A stretch of DNA of 63,853 nucleotides, the filler included, from Choristocarpus tenellus KU-1152 (taxonomy: Eukaryota > Protista > Phaeophyceae), in the NCBI GenBank assembly GCA_964200185.2. It is 9 parts of 9 records of this genome, joined end to end, with 100 filler letters (N's around TTAATTAATTAA, not from the genome) between each part and the next. Parts side by side here need not be neighbours in the genome. Positions count along the whole stretch, not along the records: positions 4,920 to 16,005 come from CAXNAD020002517.1; positions 16,106 to 33,428 come from CAXNAD020000687.1; 7 more parts are not named here. One strand, given 5' to 3'. A program made the translations under genes and the position numbers. Each line of letters begins with the position of its first letter. The stretch's first letter is position 1. Below, in pieces: positions 11,803 to 33,192 of the stretch. The notes under the pieces were generated by a model. The model saw nothing but the letters and a program-made list of their open reading frames with translations, searched no databases and was not told where the DNA came from.

Positions 11803-13510
11803 CCAGGGGTGTACTAGAGTAACTCCTTTTCATCTAGGGAATATGACTCCACATCTATACTCCCTTTTCCCTACTCGAGTGACGACGTTCAGTGTTCTTG
11901 GCCTTCGAGTACACCCCGTATGATGCCCAAGAAGGGGTCATTCTTCTGCCTCTCCACTAGCTCTGGCAAGTCTGACAGAGTAGCCACTGCTCTCTCGAGA
12001 GTGGGGTGGTGTTGAACCATCTCACTCATTCAGGTTGTTCTGTCACTACCCTTCTTGTTCTTTGGCCGTGGTGTACGTTTGCGCCTTTTCTTGCATGGTG
12101 GCTTCTCTTCTCCTACTGTTCCTTTATTTCTACCCTGTCTTCGAGGGTAGGGCCTAAAGGTTGCCAGTCACGAGTGTTAGTGGCATTAAGCGGGGGGAAG
12201 AAGTTGCTGTGAGGCGTGTATCGGGTCCACACTAGGTATCTTATCTGGGGCCATCCAACCAGAGGGAGGGGGTATAGACACTGGTAGACTTTGATCCTGG
12301 GATCTACGGAGTGGTACCAGTGGCCAATCTCCAACGCCTAAGCTGCGACTATCAGGTTCCGTGTGGTGACTTTGCAGTGCTGACAGTACTCCTGAGAATG
12401 TGGTTTCAACAGTTCCCTGAAGTAACATGTGTGCTAGCCCTTGACTCGGTTCATCATATGAGGTAGAAGTACACTCTAGTTCTGAATTTACCAACGCACA
12501 GGGAGAGCAAGGACACAATGTGGGGGGACCCACGTTTAGGTCCGATGCACCTAAATCCTGCAAGCGTAGACCATCTAAGACGGGTCCTCGTGGTCCAGCG
12601 TAGCTCTTGCTACAAGCTACTGAGGGGTCGTCTGGAAAAGAATCATTGATATCCAAACCTGATGCAGTTGGTGGAGAGAGTCGTGACAGTCCGTCTGGTA
12701 GTTGGTGCTTCGAACCTGCTTGCCACTTCAGTTCCATGTCATGGTCCATAAGGCGAAGGGCCCACCTGTGGAGCTTGGGCTAAGTTCTCGATTCTTGAAG
12801 GGCCAAAGTCAGCTCTGAGCAGTCAGTGACTACCCCAAATGTAGAATCGGAAGTGTTCTACTCCCCACAAGATAGCCATGCATTCTCTTTCAGTGGGTGC
12901 TCTCCTACCGTCTGTTGTAGACCAGCTATGGCTAGCATATGCTATGATGACATGTTCTTGGTCATCATCCTGTACCTAGGTCAGCGTTGCTCCATCCCCT
13001 TCCTGACTTGCATCTGTATGGAGGAGGAATGGCTTATCGCAGTCAGGAAAGACTAGGATTGGTGGAGAATCCAGGCGCACCTTAAGCTCTTCAAAGACCT
13101 TCTGCTCCTCTGATCTAAAAGGGATACTCTTCTTCTTGTCTCTTTTAGAAGCATACCCTTTATTTCGGAGATTATCAGTCAGTGGTGCCGCTACTTGGCC
13201 ATAGTTCGGAACAAACTGTCGCATGTATTCTGTCATGCCTAGGAAACTTCTTAGCTGCTCAACTATGGATGGGGAATCGAGTTTTGCTACTGCTACCATT
13301 TTTGATGGAGCACGGCTCAAGCCATCTTTGCCTACCCTTATTCCTACAAATTCCTGTGAGGGCATGTGTGCAAATTTACCTTGGGAGGTAATGCTATTTG
13401 TTAGTAATGAAGACAAGAAGGTGTGAAGCCTCACACGACCCCCTTTGCTGAACGTGATTACATGGTTGAATTAGAAGAGTGACCTTTGTGGGGTGTGTTC
13501 TCGTTGTTTG

Positions 13511-13621
<111 letters not shown>

Positions 13622-13775
13622 TTGTTTTTTTTATTTATTTNNNNNNNNNNGTAGCGAAAGGGAATGAATAATAAACAAACTCCATATATAATCCGGATGT
13701 ACTCTCTCATTAGTTACATCACATAGATTCAATTCAGCACTATAATCTCATATACAATAAAAAAAGGTAACTTCG

Positions 13776-16005
13776 CTATTGTCCTACCCATGAGAGTGCA
13801 GGCAATGAAAGAGTTGCTGGAACTCTCAAACCTAAAACATCTTATTGTGTACACTCCCCATTCTGCACACTTTCCATGAAAATGGAAGTAAAAGACGTCA
13901 GATTGGTTCAATTCTCACACACATCAAATTTATCTTGTCAACGCCGTAAAAGAACGCAACTTACTTCAATTTTAACACACGACTTTCATCTAGTCAACAC
14001 AGTGTCTACAAAGTCTTCTACCTGCTTCTCGCGTAATCCTTTGGTCAAGACGCCTGCTAGTTGTAGTTTTGTGGGTAAATACTTCACTCTAAAAAATCCT
14101 TTATAGACATACTCCCTGGTGCATTTCAGCTAGATGTCAACATGCCTTGTTCTTCCGTTAAAGCCTTCAGTTATTGCTGCTTGGATCGCACCTCGATTGT
14201 CTCCATACCAAACCGTTTCCCCTTTGAGTATGCCCAGCTCCCCCAGGATGCCTTTGATGAAGATGTGGTTACAGCTCCTTGCATCTTGGATTTCCATGCA
14301 ATTGGTGCCTCATTCATGAGTATCAGATACCCTGTCATGCTCCGCCTTGATGCAGTGTCATTGCTCCAGTCTGAGTCTCCATACCCGACCAGGCCCCCAT
14401 TGTCCATTTCACCACCAGCAGGATAGTGTATCCCTACATTCGTGGTGCCCGCTAGATATCACAGAACATGTTGTAGTCCTTTCCAGTGTCGATCGCATGG
14501 AGATACTGCATATCTTCCCAGTTCCCGCACACTGTTGGATAAGTCTGGTAGTGTCATCCCAGCTAGGAATATAAGTTTCACCAGGATGGTGCGGTAAGGT
14601 TTGTACCTCTGGTTCAGCTCCTCCTCGTCAGTTCTTCTTGCGGTCAGGTCCATTCCTGGGTTTAAAGGTGATGAGGTACTCCGTACTTCTGTGGATCCCA
14701 TTCCTTCGCGAACAATGCTCTCTGCATAGAAATGTTGGTTTAGTGTGATGCCAGCCTCATCCCTGTTGATTGCCACCCCAACTAACTTGTCCGGGGTCCC
14801 GAGGTCCCGTCCTTCGTACTTGGTAAGCAGATTGCTCTTCATCCAGTGTTCTGCATCAGGCCCTGCAATGGCTTCTGCGATGGTTGATGGCTCCTGGTGG
14901 CCTAGTGAGATGTCACCTGCCATGCCCATCAAATAGTATGCATCATCCGTGCTTGATCTGAGCAGATTCACTATATTCTCTCCCAGTTCTTCTGTACCTC
15001 CAGAGTGTAAACCCCTGTAGTCCACTCTGGGTTGTTCAGATATCCTGGCTGACCTCCGTTGTCCACTAGGTGAACTTGTCGAGTTCTTCCCCCCGGCTGT
15101 TGCTTGTGGTGTCGGATCGACTGCAATATCGAAATCCTGATCAGAGTCGTCTTCAGTATCAGAAATCTCTTCATTATCCGTCGAAGTTATGGTCTCTCTC
15201 TCCTCCACGAAATCCATGATGTGTTCGTCTGACTCGAACGTCACGTGGGCTGAGGTTACCAACTTGGCCTCTTGAGGAAGCCAGATGTGCCAGCATAGTG
15301 ATGTACGATCATGTCCCATGATGATTCCTCACTTAGTGTACGAGTAAATATTTGAACCAGCCCCCTTTTGCTGTTTCTCTTGTTGACATAGCACTCACTC
15401 CCCCAGGATTGAAACTTATCAAAATTGAATGTATTGTACATCCTCTCGTTGAGTGAGGTCCTTTGCTAACAATCTTCCTCGCCAGGGTGCCTCTGATATG
15501 GAAGATGGTTCTTGATGGTATGGAGTAGATATTATTTACTTCCCAGACTTACAAGTCTTGTGCAGGCAGCCCTTTGCTGACAAGCTTCCTCTGTTTTTCC
15601 TTTCTGGCTCCAACCCTGGTCCAGTTAATTCCTCCGCCTGTTTAGACGGTGTCACTCTCCTCTGGCGACAAACGACCTGAAGGTTTCCTTTGCCTCCACA
15701 GTTGTAGCATATTCTTTCGAAAGAACAAGGACCAATATGCTTGATCAGTCCACAGTTTAAACTTCTTCTGTTGGTCCTGATCTCGTCTCTGGTAGGGGAT
15801 CCTGTTGTGATATGGTCCGTAGGCTCAGGCTCAGGCTCAGGCTCAGGCTCTGATGTGTGTGAGAATGACGTCTTTTACTTCCATTTTCAAGGCACAAATG
15901 TGCAGAATAGGGAGTGTACACTATAAGATGTTTTAGGTTTGAGAGCTCCAGCAACGTTTCATTGCCTGCACTCTCATGGGGGAGTGTGCAAAATAGGACA
16001 ATAGT
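13776..16005. repeat. Pair of ~150-bp inverted repeats (13776-13926 and 15851-16005) bracketing the Copia remnant
   Basis: TGATGTGTGTGAGAA...TTACTTCCATTTTCA...CATTGCCTGCACTCTCATGGG...TAGGACAATAG at 15851 is the reverse complement of 13776-13926, apart from small indels. Confidence 0.88.
13985..15850 (-). mobile_element. Ty1/Copia retrotransposon remnant, internally deleted (gag zinc knuckles, integrase C-terminus, RT, RNase H)
   Basis: CYNCGGKGNLQVVC knuckle; WGSECYV..GIIMGHD..TSAHVTFE; EPSTIAEAIAGPDAEHW; RDLGTPDKLVGVAI..LNQHFY; LVGYGDSDWSNDTASRRSMTGY..IAWKSKMQ; RTRHVDI..QLAGVLTKGL. Confidence 0.93.
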
Positions 16006-16105
16006 NNNNNNNNNNNNNNNNNNNNNNNNNNNNNNNNNNNNNNNNNNNNTTAATTAATTAANNNNNNNNNNNNNNNNNNNNNNNNNNNNNNNNNNNNNNN
16101 NNNNN

Positions 16106-23596
<7,491 letters not shown>

Positions 23597-24161
23597 GTGT
23601 GTGGTGGATGGGGGGTTGGTTGAACTATCTTCAAGTAATATTCAACATTCACAAGGTGATGTTGTGGTAGTTCCCATATTGTTTTTTGGTACCTTGTTAG
23701 GTTCCCAACTTCTTCCACCCTTGATCGCGATAATCGTGATCTCGATTTCTACAATTGAAATACTTCCTTTATATTAAACTTCGAAAAAAGTTATTTGTGA
23801 GAAAAAAAAAAACGATTATTGAGTATGGAGCCAGCGTATCGTAGACTTCCTTCCTCTTAAAAAAAATTGGACCAAATATCTACATGTTTGGTATATAGTG
23901 ATATCGCGATATCGATATCTAACTTGAACAAATACAAAATACAACAATACCTTACATGTATGACGGTTTCCTCTCTCAGCATATCGACCACTACATGCAC
24001 CCGCATCTGTCTCTGACAAACTTTCTTACACAAACCCCCATGCCAGTCAGGGAGTTTCACACGTGGCGAGGAGGAAGTCCACAGGGTTGGGCACTCAAAA
24101 CCAGTGGCTTTATATCTAGAAGTCGTTGAAAGGGGGCCAAAGACGATTTGAGACAGCGACT

Positions 24162-27100
24162 ATGAATCTGGGCGAACTGTGGTTGTGGGATAAAAAGAAG
24201 CTTCCTTGCAAGATAAGACAGGTAGTGAATTCATTCAAACCACACACAGAATAATATTTGTCTTTCGAACGTGAATGATGGGGCGAAGCATACCTCTACA
24301 GCACCATCGCAAACTTTTCCAGATCACGAAAGAGTATCCTCGAAGAGTTGGTCAATCTCTAGCACTCCGCCGCAAATACCCCTGATTCAATTAGTGTGTC
24401 TGAGCAATGTTTCTTCGCCATAGGAGAGCGGAAATCCCGCGGTAGACGACCTCAGAGAAAAAGTTGCTGAGCTTGCAGGAATTGATCTGGCCGAGTTTGA
24501 CGAAGGAAAGGGAAATGGAGCCGTGGGGCAACCTCAAGGTGGAAGAACCAAGGCAAAGGTGGGCAATCTTATATCAAAATTGAAAACATTGTGTATTGTA
24601 GTGGCAGTCAAAATCCCATCATGACTTCTCATTTTCTTCCATCTCCTACCTAACCAGGCCAAGAACCAGTCTCTGCATACGAACGATGGAGATGTCACCC
24701 CACGTTCCAAGCTCAGCAAGGACACCCTTCGTACATTGAACACTGCCAAGGGCATGCTTAATTCCGTCGACTCTGTCACACATACCTTGAACCGAAACTT
24801 GCACAAGAAGTATCTTACAGTGCCAAGATCGCTGCCAGCCAAACTTGTGCTGGATGTACAACGAGAACGTTGGCAGGTGCTCAAATAAACTGTGTTGTCT
24901 GCGGATTGACCACTGAAGAATGCTCCGGACAGCCTATTGTTCTATTTTGTTGAGAGAAAGGGACCAATAATATATGAGGGTCGCTTGGAACATGGATTGC
25001 GTGTTATTGACAAGAAGTGAGATAAGCTGAAGTATACCGTCTGGTGATGCCCCCATCCATACTCGAAATGATAAAAGCAAAAAATAGGTGATGATGGGTG
25101 CAGGGAGTTTTGTAATATCATCCGAGGAAGAAGAGGAGGAGGATGGGGAACAGATTACAGAAATCCTCGACGAATTTTCTAAGGTGAGTATGTTCTGCTT
25201 AAACAATCAAATGTGGGCTTGATACAACCTACTGTGGAGCTTTTTATGTTTGATTATACCTGAATGATGATGAGGATGTTACAAGAGTGTGTTTCCTTGA
25301 GGTGATATATTTATCTAGATTAGGAGCACACACATTGGTGTCTGTGTGTGGTCTCTGTACTAGACTAAGCTAGGGGATAGTGCCCACACAACTACACCTT
25401 CCAAACTGAAAAGCAAGGTACAAAGGATGTGGCAACACTCACCACCCAATGTACACATACCTATGTATCCCCATTTTCTAATATATGCATAGGGGATACC
25501 TTCAGCAGGGTAGCAATACTCAAGAGGGTAATACTGACAAGGCTACATTATGACTGTGATATGCTTATGTATCATCCAATGCCACTGGTGGATTACTTCC
25601 ACATGATTGGTTTGCTACTCCAAACAGTATCTTCAGCTCCACTGCCAGCCCAAGGGTGTGTCCCAGCACCTATTACCGCCATGTTGCACCCAAGGGGGAC
25701 AGTGATCATGTGTGGATCACACAAGTACCACTTAACCTGAGCATCAACACTTAAAATATCCAACGATTCAGCTTCAAACCTATACTTTCTTGTTCGCCAT
25801 TAATATGTTTCAATTTCCCAAACAAGTAGTGTGCGAATCATAATTTCATGGCAACAGACAGCTATCCTCCATATCCAACCTGTCCATATACTACAATACA
25901 TTGCCGCGCTAGTTTTTCTGTATTGTAGTAGATGTATCTCTCATGATGTTGTTTTCTGTTTCAGCACAAATCATACACTCTCGTTTCTTGCAAACTAACA
26001 AGCACTACGTTTTTTGTAGCTTGAGTTCCATAGTTTCAGTACCCTCAAACCAATAGCTTGAATTGCGTTGTACTGAACCAGATGATCAAAGGGGAGAGGA
26101 AGAAGGGGGTATCAAGCGTCACATGCCAAGCAAAAATGCATCCTGTTGAATCAAAGCAACTTAGATCTTATTCCACTGGCCTGTGAATCTCCTATGACAG
26201 ATGTTCCCCACCCCCTCGATCTTGGTATGACTCCAAGAAAAAAAACAAAATAAAAAATAAAAAAGGTGCAAAGAGAAAAGGACAGGTCAAAACTCTGAAA
26301 AAGAAGGTTGGCAAGACACAGGGCAGGGAGGCGGAGCAGTCCATTGTATCCTCACCAAGAGGGGGGGTTCGCAGTGGGCAGCGAGTTGGCTTGAAGGTGG
26401 CAACTACAACAGGCAGTCCAACCTCACCTGGGAGGCGTGAAGATGTGAGTGCTTTCTCCCTCAAGTGTTTAAGGTGTTCCAATTGTATCTATGGCAAACT
26501 GAGAGTCAAAAAAAAAAATCAACGAAAAAAAATTGTAAATGCATTTCTTCAATGGTCAGTGGTGCAAAAGACCTCTAAATGGTATGCTTGGGGGTACTCA
26601 CAATAAACAGACGGTACAACAGTCGCAGGGCCAGGGACGATTTTGCTGTAAGAAGTTGATATTACGTGGTTATACAAATAATTCCGTTCTACTGGGCATT
26701 TCTAGGGAGCGCAATCCTCAAAAGTTAGTTCTCACACACAAACACACAGAGAGTATCTGATAGAATAATGACTCATTCAAGGCTTTCTAAAGCAGTCCAA
26801 TAGGTATTTTTTCCTAAAGCACTGCAATAGGTGTGGCACTTCATTCCGTTTGAGATGCAGCCAATAGCAATGATTCACAACACCTGTCAGAATGAAATGC
26901 GCAGATGTTGAATATCTAGAGTTTCGGGAGTAGGGAGGAGAAGATATATACTCCACCTGTAATCAAACATGTGGCATTTGTCCATCTTGTCCGAGGAATT
27001 CACAAAGGTTCTTAGAGTCAGCTGTATACTATCTGGGGTGTATGATATGTGTGGGAACTCTGTATAGAGTAATGATACACAGGGTGGTATCATGTGGTAG

Positions 27101-30100
27101 AAGTGTCTCACTCCACCACTGCACCACTGCACATAGAATAGGCCCATGAGGGATGTAACTCTCTGCATTATCAACCTCCACATCCCTTGTCTTCCCCAAG
27201 GTGTTGTGGCTCTCCCGCATCTGAAAAAGGTGTGGCACAAGAATGCGTGCAAACCTTCATTAGTGTTTCAGTGAAACATTTCTAACACAAACCTACATTA
27301 GTGTTTCAGTGAAACATTTCTAACACAAACCTACATTAGTGTTTCAGTGAAACATTTCTAACACAAACCTACATTAGTGTTTCAGTGAAACATTTCTAAC
27401 ACAAACCTTCATTAGTGTTTCAGTGAAACATTTCTAACACAAACCTACATTGGTGTTTCAGTGAAACATTTCTAACACAAACCTACATTAGTGTTTCAGT
27501 GAAACATTTCTAACACAAACCTTCATTAGGCGCCTCAGCTTTCATGCTCCTGCTTGTTACCAGCTGGCAGGCGACAAAGAAATTAACATGGAATGCTTTG
27601 GATATATTTCTGTACACTGTTGTCAAGATGATTTATAGACATTCTATAAATTATAATGCATGAAATGACCTCTTGTCTCTCCTTCTACTATGTGATTCTA
27701 CACTCCCTCAGCCATATCCCTTCTAATTCAAAGAAGCCAACAAGATATTTATTCCTTTTGTCACGATACTACTAATTGCAATGATGCATGGAAGGCATGA
27801 AAGGCGTAACAAACAGAGTAGAGCACGGAAAACAGGTGTCCATTCCCAGTTCTTCATCATTAATATAGTACATTATTCTGACCCTGAACCTAAGTTGTCA
27901 GTCAAAGGCCTTTTTCAACATTGTTTTCCAACTTATATCTCAAGTAAGGCTGTCCTAGGATTCCCTTACAGAAGTCCTCTTTGCTACATTTCAGGATACA
28001 CATATTCCAGAAGTGTCTGTTAATTTTGCACCACCAGAGGCCAATTCTGAGGTACAACAACCAACACTGGACGTGTTCAAGTTCCCTTACAAGGGAGACC
28101 TATTCAGCACGGGGGGCGACTATATGGGCGGGTAAGTGGGATAGGCTGGAAATAGGAGCCACTGGTAGTTGTGAGGGGAAAGCATTACAATTCATAGGGA
28201 AAGCATGCTACAGTGAAGCTTTTACATAGCAACATGCCGAAAATTGAGGCGAGTCACATCGGTCCCACAGCACAGGCAGCTTGAGTTATGGTGTAGACCC
28301 TTTGTTGAACCTTATGCTCGTACAAAATCGTGTGAGTACCATGTGAGTACTACTCACGTGTTGGCTTCACTGCTGACTGCTCAATTTCCTGCTTCCAATA
28401 ATCTTTTTTCGTTGTATTGAGCGTTTACTGTCCGATTTTCTTCTGCCCTGTTGGTGCCCCCCATTCAACCACCAAAACTACAGACATCATTATGTCTATA
28501 ATAAACAGTATAAAAGTTGACAGTACTTACACCTATGTATATGTTTTTGCCAGCAGTATGGTCTACATGTCCCGCATGCCCGTGGGAGGCAGTGAGCAAT
28601 CACAACATGGGAAGCACTTTGGAGAAGAGGTCAAGCAAAGCCATGGCATAGATGAGGGAGGAATGGAGGGCAGCAAAGAATTGAGAGGTGCAAAATGCCA
28701 ATATGTTGTGTTCAAGGGCAGCACCAGTACTTTTACGAGACCATATGATACCATCTTTAGCTTAAATCTGAGAAGCTCATACTCATCGACCCAAAGGTTG
28801 AGCATTGTGCTATCCCCCTAGAATAATGTTGAGACTGCCATCAGATCTAGTCTGTAGTTGCCACACAAACCATGGTTTGTTTCACTAGATGTACCTTTTC
28901 CGCTTCCACCTGAGTCAAAGCATTTTAGAGCGTAGAGCCATGTCCATTCGGGATCATAAATCTAATGTTGCGATTTTGATTAATTTTGGCTATTGTGTTT
29001 GTTAGTAAGTGTCCATTTCCTTGCTCCAGACACACCTTTCATAGTCCTACACATTTTATGCACTCCGAAATCCGAAATGTTCTCACAGGAAACCGAGAAA
29101 GGGCATAAAAAGCCTGTGGTAAGCCAAGCCCTGAACGGACAAACAGGGAAAAATCCTACCCTCTTAAATGCTTTGGTTCACCTTCCACTAGCTCCTGTAT
29201 CCTCACCATATGATGGGTCAAAATAATACACTGTTGAACTTTAGTGGGGCATGAATATCCCTGAGCTTTTCAGATTCTGCATGGTGAACTTATAGTAGGG
29301 ACAAGAGATTTGACCGTCCTCTATCAGGGGGAAGCACAATAATGATAGGGTTCACTCCCAAAATTATACCAGTACTTGATATTTGGAAGGAAATGGGCAG
29401 ACAAATTTCCTCTCCAAAACCTTAAGTTGTTTAAAAATCTCTTCATGCTGATACATACTAACAACCAGGAAAAACGCACCCTAAGGAAATGGCATATCTA
29501 AGTGATTGGGGTCTCAAAAAACAGTGCAACTTTTCATTCACACTAATTCACACAACGACATGTTGATTTGGATGACACATAGTATCCTCTTTGAAATAGT
29601 TGAGGTGGTTTAGTATTGTATGTAATATTTGCAAACAGTTTCCCTCACCATAAAATGCATATCTTTAGTCATGGAACTATACCATAGGTGGTATTAGTGA
29701 AATGTCATAAACATTGTCATCAGATGATCATCACAAGTGGAAGCAATAGCAACCTTGAGCCTTGTGCTGAACCTGATCTTCCCCTTCTTGCTCCCCTCTC
29801 AGGGCCAGAGACCATCAGCAGTGGAGATGAGGAGCTACAACCTGCAAGTGACAAGACGCCATCACACCGAGAACTTGAGGCTAAGCTCCAGTGTGCCAAC
29901 ACATTCTTGGCCTGGTCTCATCATAGGGAAAATGCTCAGAGGCTCGCAAAGGCGAGGGTTGTAAGCCAAGATGACCGAGATATAACATAAGAGACTTACA
30001 AGCAGGAATATCGACAATGAGACGACATTAACACCTAACTATTTGACCCTTGAAAATATGAATTGTTTTCTTTTTGAAAAAAGGTGCATCTTTTTCACTC

Positions 30101-32710
30101 ACCCCTCCATACATCTTACACTCCCTTGCCCTACCATTTATGCCCTGTGGCATATGAATCATTTTGTGACCACTTCTTCTCCATTGTGCCCCTATCCTTG
30201 TCTTCTCCTGTCCACCATATGTCACACAGGAAGGTGCTGTAGAAGCTGTGCTAAAGCTATGTAAAACTGACTACCTGCGACTCAGGGGTTACTGCAGTGC
30301 CATCCTTAAACACTTTTCATACACTCCTGTCTTGCAAGATAAACTGGTTGCCAGGGGAGGGGTAAGACAATGAATCGCAGCACCACATGCCTTTTGTGTA
30401 TTTCAGACTCAACATTTGAAAATTGAGGTGGATTCTGGGATAAAATCTTGTGCGCAACAGGTGTGCAGTCAGCTTTAGATTTGTCCTCCTTGAGTGATGC
30501 CACTCCTTAACACCACTTTTCTTTGTCAGAAACTCAGTTTGGAAGCAATACTATGTGGTATATGTGACCCCAAATCTCTGTGTTGCATCGCCTGCCTCCA
30601 ATTTGTCACCCTCCATCATTTATGTGTTTGTGAACTGACACAAGGATGGTACTATCATGAAAATATTGAACATTGCGTAATATGGAACGACATTTCAAAG
30701 AATGTCCTGATTGGTGGCTTATCGAGGTAGTTTCAGTAGGAGTCTTGGGGGAAAGGTATGTAATGTAGGGAGAGGTGCACTGTAGGTCGCTAGTAGTGTG
30801 TTGTACAGACCTTCCTTAATATTGAGCATTAGACTATACCACATTATCTGCACCCATTTACTTGGTAGGTACCAGTTATTGCTGACTTGGCCACACAGTG
30901 CCGGCGTGAGCTGGTGCAGCGGAACTGCATGGTGGCCCTTGTCAATACCACCTGGATTAATGGTCAGGAGGTAAAGTTTGTTAATCTATATTATCCTAAA
31001 TGATTATCTTGAGCCTAGAGAGGGGTGCCATTTAGTATAAGGGCCACCTGTAGTTGCCCTCTGATGCATGTACATCTAGTACTGCGGGGTGATTTGCACT
31101 TGCGTGTATGAATGTTAGTCTCTTCTTCTACAGCCTCAGCGTTCCAATGGGGGTTAGTGCCACTTTGGGTATGGAATGAGGGTGTCGGACTGGAAATTTT
31201 GGTAGGCCCTTTATACTTCAAAGAGCCTAAATCAAACTCCTCTAGGATACCATGGTTCCCTGTTCTAATACTTGGCAGTTGTTACCAACTATCAAATGTA
31301 CAATTCAAAATATTGGTTTGGAGAAATGACCCGACTGTGTGATTGAGAGTAATAATATCAACACCTCATTTCAAAGCTTCGTGTTTGTCTTGGATGACCT
31401 CTAAAAAGGCTAATTCGCCATTGACTGCAATTACTAGAGCATTCTTCAACTAATATTGCTACACCATGTTATTGACTCTTAGCAAAGCAGTAGCTCCGCC
31501 TATAATTTAAGTATATCCTTCAAAGAAATAAAACCATGATTGAGCGCTGAATCACACCTCATTGACCGACTGCACTTGCTTTTACTCACAGGCAAAGATG
31601 GTGGAGGATGGTGTGGTCTTGGCAATGATGATGATTATGTCTGAACATGAAGATTTTGGACGTCTCTGTGCCATGGTAAGTATTGACCTGTTCACCCTCT
31701 GGCTGGCCATGAGATAAGAGTGTTGGTTTGAAAAGGACAAGTGGAGAGCGAGGGTGGACCTTGAAAATAATGACTATAGCAGTAATTCTCGACTTCTAAA
31801 GCATGGGTTCTTGGGGCATTCGGTTCTGGCTATTTCTTTCTACCTAGTTCAACTTTGTGAAGAGGGAATCGCTATGCAGAGTTGTTTGTCTCTGCTACAA
31901 GAACTGATATTGGAGTCAGGGGAACAGTCATGTGGGAATCCAAATTGGTAAAGAGCACAACACCAACATATCAATACTATCCTTGACCAACTGGATAGTC
32001 CAAACATCATGGCACTTTATGGTTGTAGAAAGCTATTTGTATATGTACAGGGAACTCCTAAAGGATAAGGCAACCAGTTCACTTTCCTATGGCAGCAATA
32101 CAAAGATGTCATACTGATAGAGCCCCAAACTAGTAGGTCACCATTCAAACGCTGTTTCGGTAACCGGAGCGTTTTTCTCGGATCAAATTCTTGACAATCT
32201 CAACAATCTCTTGCAGGGCTTGTTTAACTTGACATGTGTTGCAGAACCATACAACCATATTGAGCGCGTGCTCAAGGCCCTTGTGGGAATTGCAGCCGCA
32301 CCATCTCAAGAGGTGAAGAGATTGCCCGGTTTTGTGTGCATTTCTCTGTTAGTTTATGTGTTTATAATAAAATGACGGATTTTGTGCACTGGACACCAGC
32401 CTGAAGATAGTAGAATGAGGTCCCCATTTTATGCACCAAGGAAGCTTGCTTTAATTCTTCATGCCTGTACGTTTCTCCATCCAACATATGTCCCAAGTAC
32501 CAGGTTCCACAGTATAGTACAAGGTAAACATAAACTAACTATCAGTCAATCCCGTACTTGAAAAAGAATCGATTGTTAATGATTGTTTATGGGAATACTA
32601 CATGGTGGCTACTGGAACAGGTGAAGCACATCTGTGCAAGTGCTTTCTGTAACTTGACAGACCTTCCGGCAATGCATGCTCGTCTCATTGAGGAAGGGAT
32701 TGTTTCAACG
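24162..32710 (+). CDS. Multi-exon armadillo (ARM)-repeat protein, 5' part; candidate exons 24162-24221, 24424-24558, 24658-24876, ~25087-25183, ~29723-29960, ~30230-30361, ~30869-30970, ~31592-31675, ~32217-32311, 32621-32710
   Basis: ARM-like segments EGAVEAVLKLCKT..YCSAILKHFS, VQRNCMVALVNTT, KMVEDGVVLAMMMIM, GLFNLTC, VKHICASAFCNLTDLPAMHARLIEEGIVST, each bounded by AG/GT. Start codon and N-terminal exons are tentative. Confidence 0.72.
27251..27529. repeat. Intronic 38-bp tandem repeat, ~7.3 copies, with internal palindrome
   Basis: Unit AAACCT(A/T)CATTAGTGTTTCAGTGAAACATTTCTAACAC; core TGTTTCA-G-TGAAACA. Confidence 0.95.
28916..29175 (+). mobile_element. MITE type A, full copy
   Basis: Inverted termini CAAAGCATTTTAGAG...CTCTTAAATGCTTTG and conserved interior. 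Confidence 0.82.
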
Positions 32711-33192
32711 GTGAGATTCTGTGGTAGAGATGGTTGGCATGAGAGAATCTTCCTTCCTGTAACGAATGAATGATGGTAGTTTATAATAAATATCTCGAGC
32801 TCTATCAAATTGTGGACTGTTGCATCCCCAAATACTAAGCCTTTATGAGTAAGGTGCACTCCACAATATGGTCTCAGTTTCGGGCTAACTTGCTGTTGTC
32901 TCCTTCTGTAGATGGAGAAAAGTGCGAAGTCATTAATTGACGTGCTCTGTACCCTGGGTTATGCTTTGTACTCTATTTTGAGGCATTGAACTGTCCAGTC
33001 TTGCACCTTTTGCGGTATGTTCCAGGGTACAATGGCAGCACAATATGAAACGTTATTACTCCTACACTTTGTACTCCCCATATGGTAACCTAATTTGAAT
33101 ACATGTCCCAGAGGATACAATAGTCTTGTTGCAACCTCGATTAGTTATCCTAAGAGGAACTGTTGTACATCATTAGGCATTCTCCTGATAGT

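Larger units (their letters stand above)
8942..13460 (-). mobile_element. Ty3/Gypsy LTR retrotransposon remnant (RT end, RNase H, integrase, GPY/F, chromo-like and Tudor-like tail), with frameshifts and stops
   Basis: EQLRSFLGMTEYMRQFVPNYGQVAAPLT and PFLLHTDAS (RT/RNase H); LHRWALRL..WQAGSKHQLPDGLSRL; YVLSCDCRCRKR and PWDLLEMDLQD..GNTYLLILIDRASRF (integrase); RWTGPWTV. A G-rich tract followed by TG at 8942 suggests PPT and 3' LTR start. Confidence 0.92.

Noticed and set aside
27251-27529. CRISPR-like array (palindromic 38-bp repeats)
   Set aside because: Units are head-to-tail with no unique spacers, no cas genes, and lie in a eukaryotic intron.
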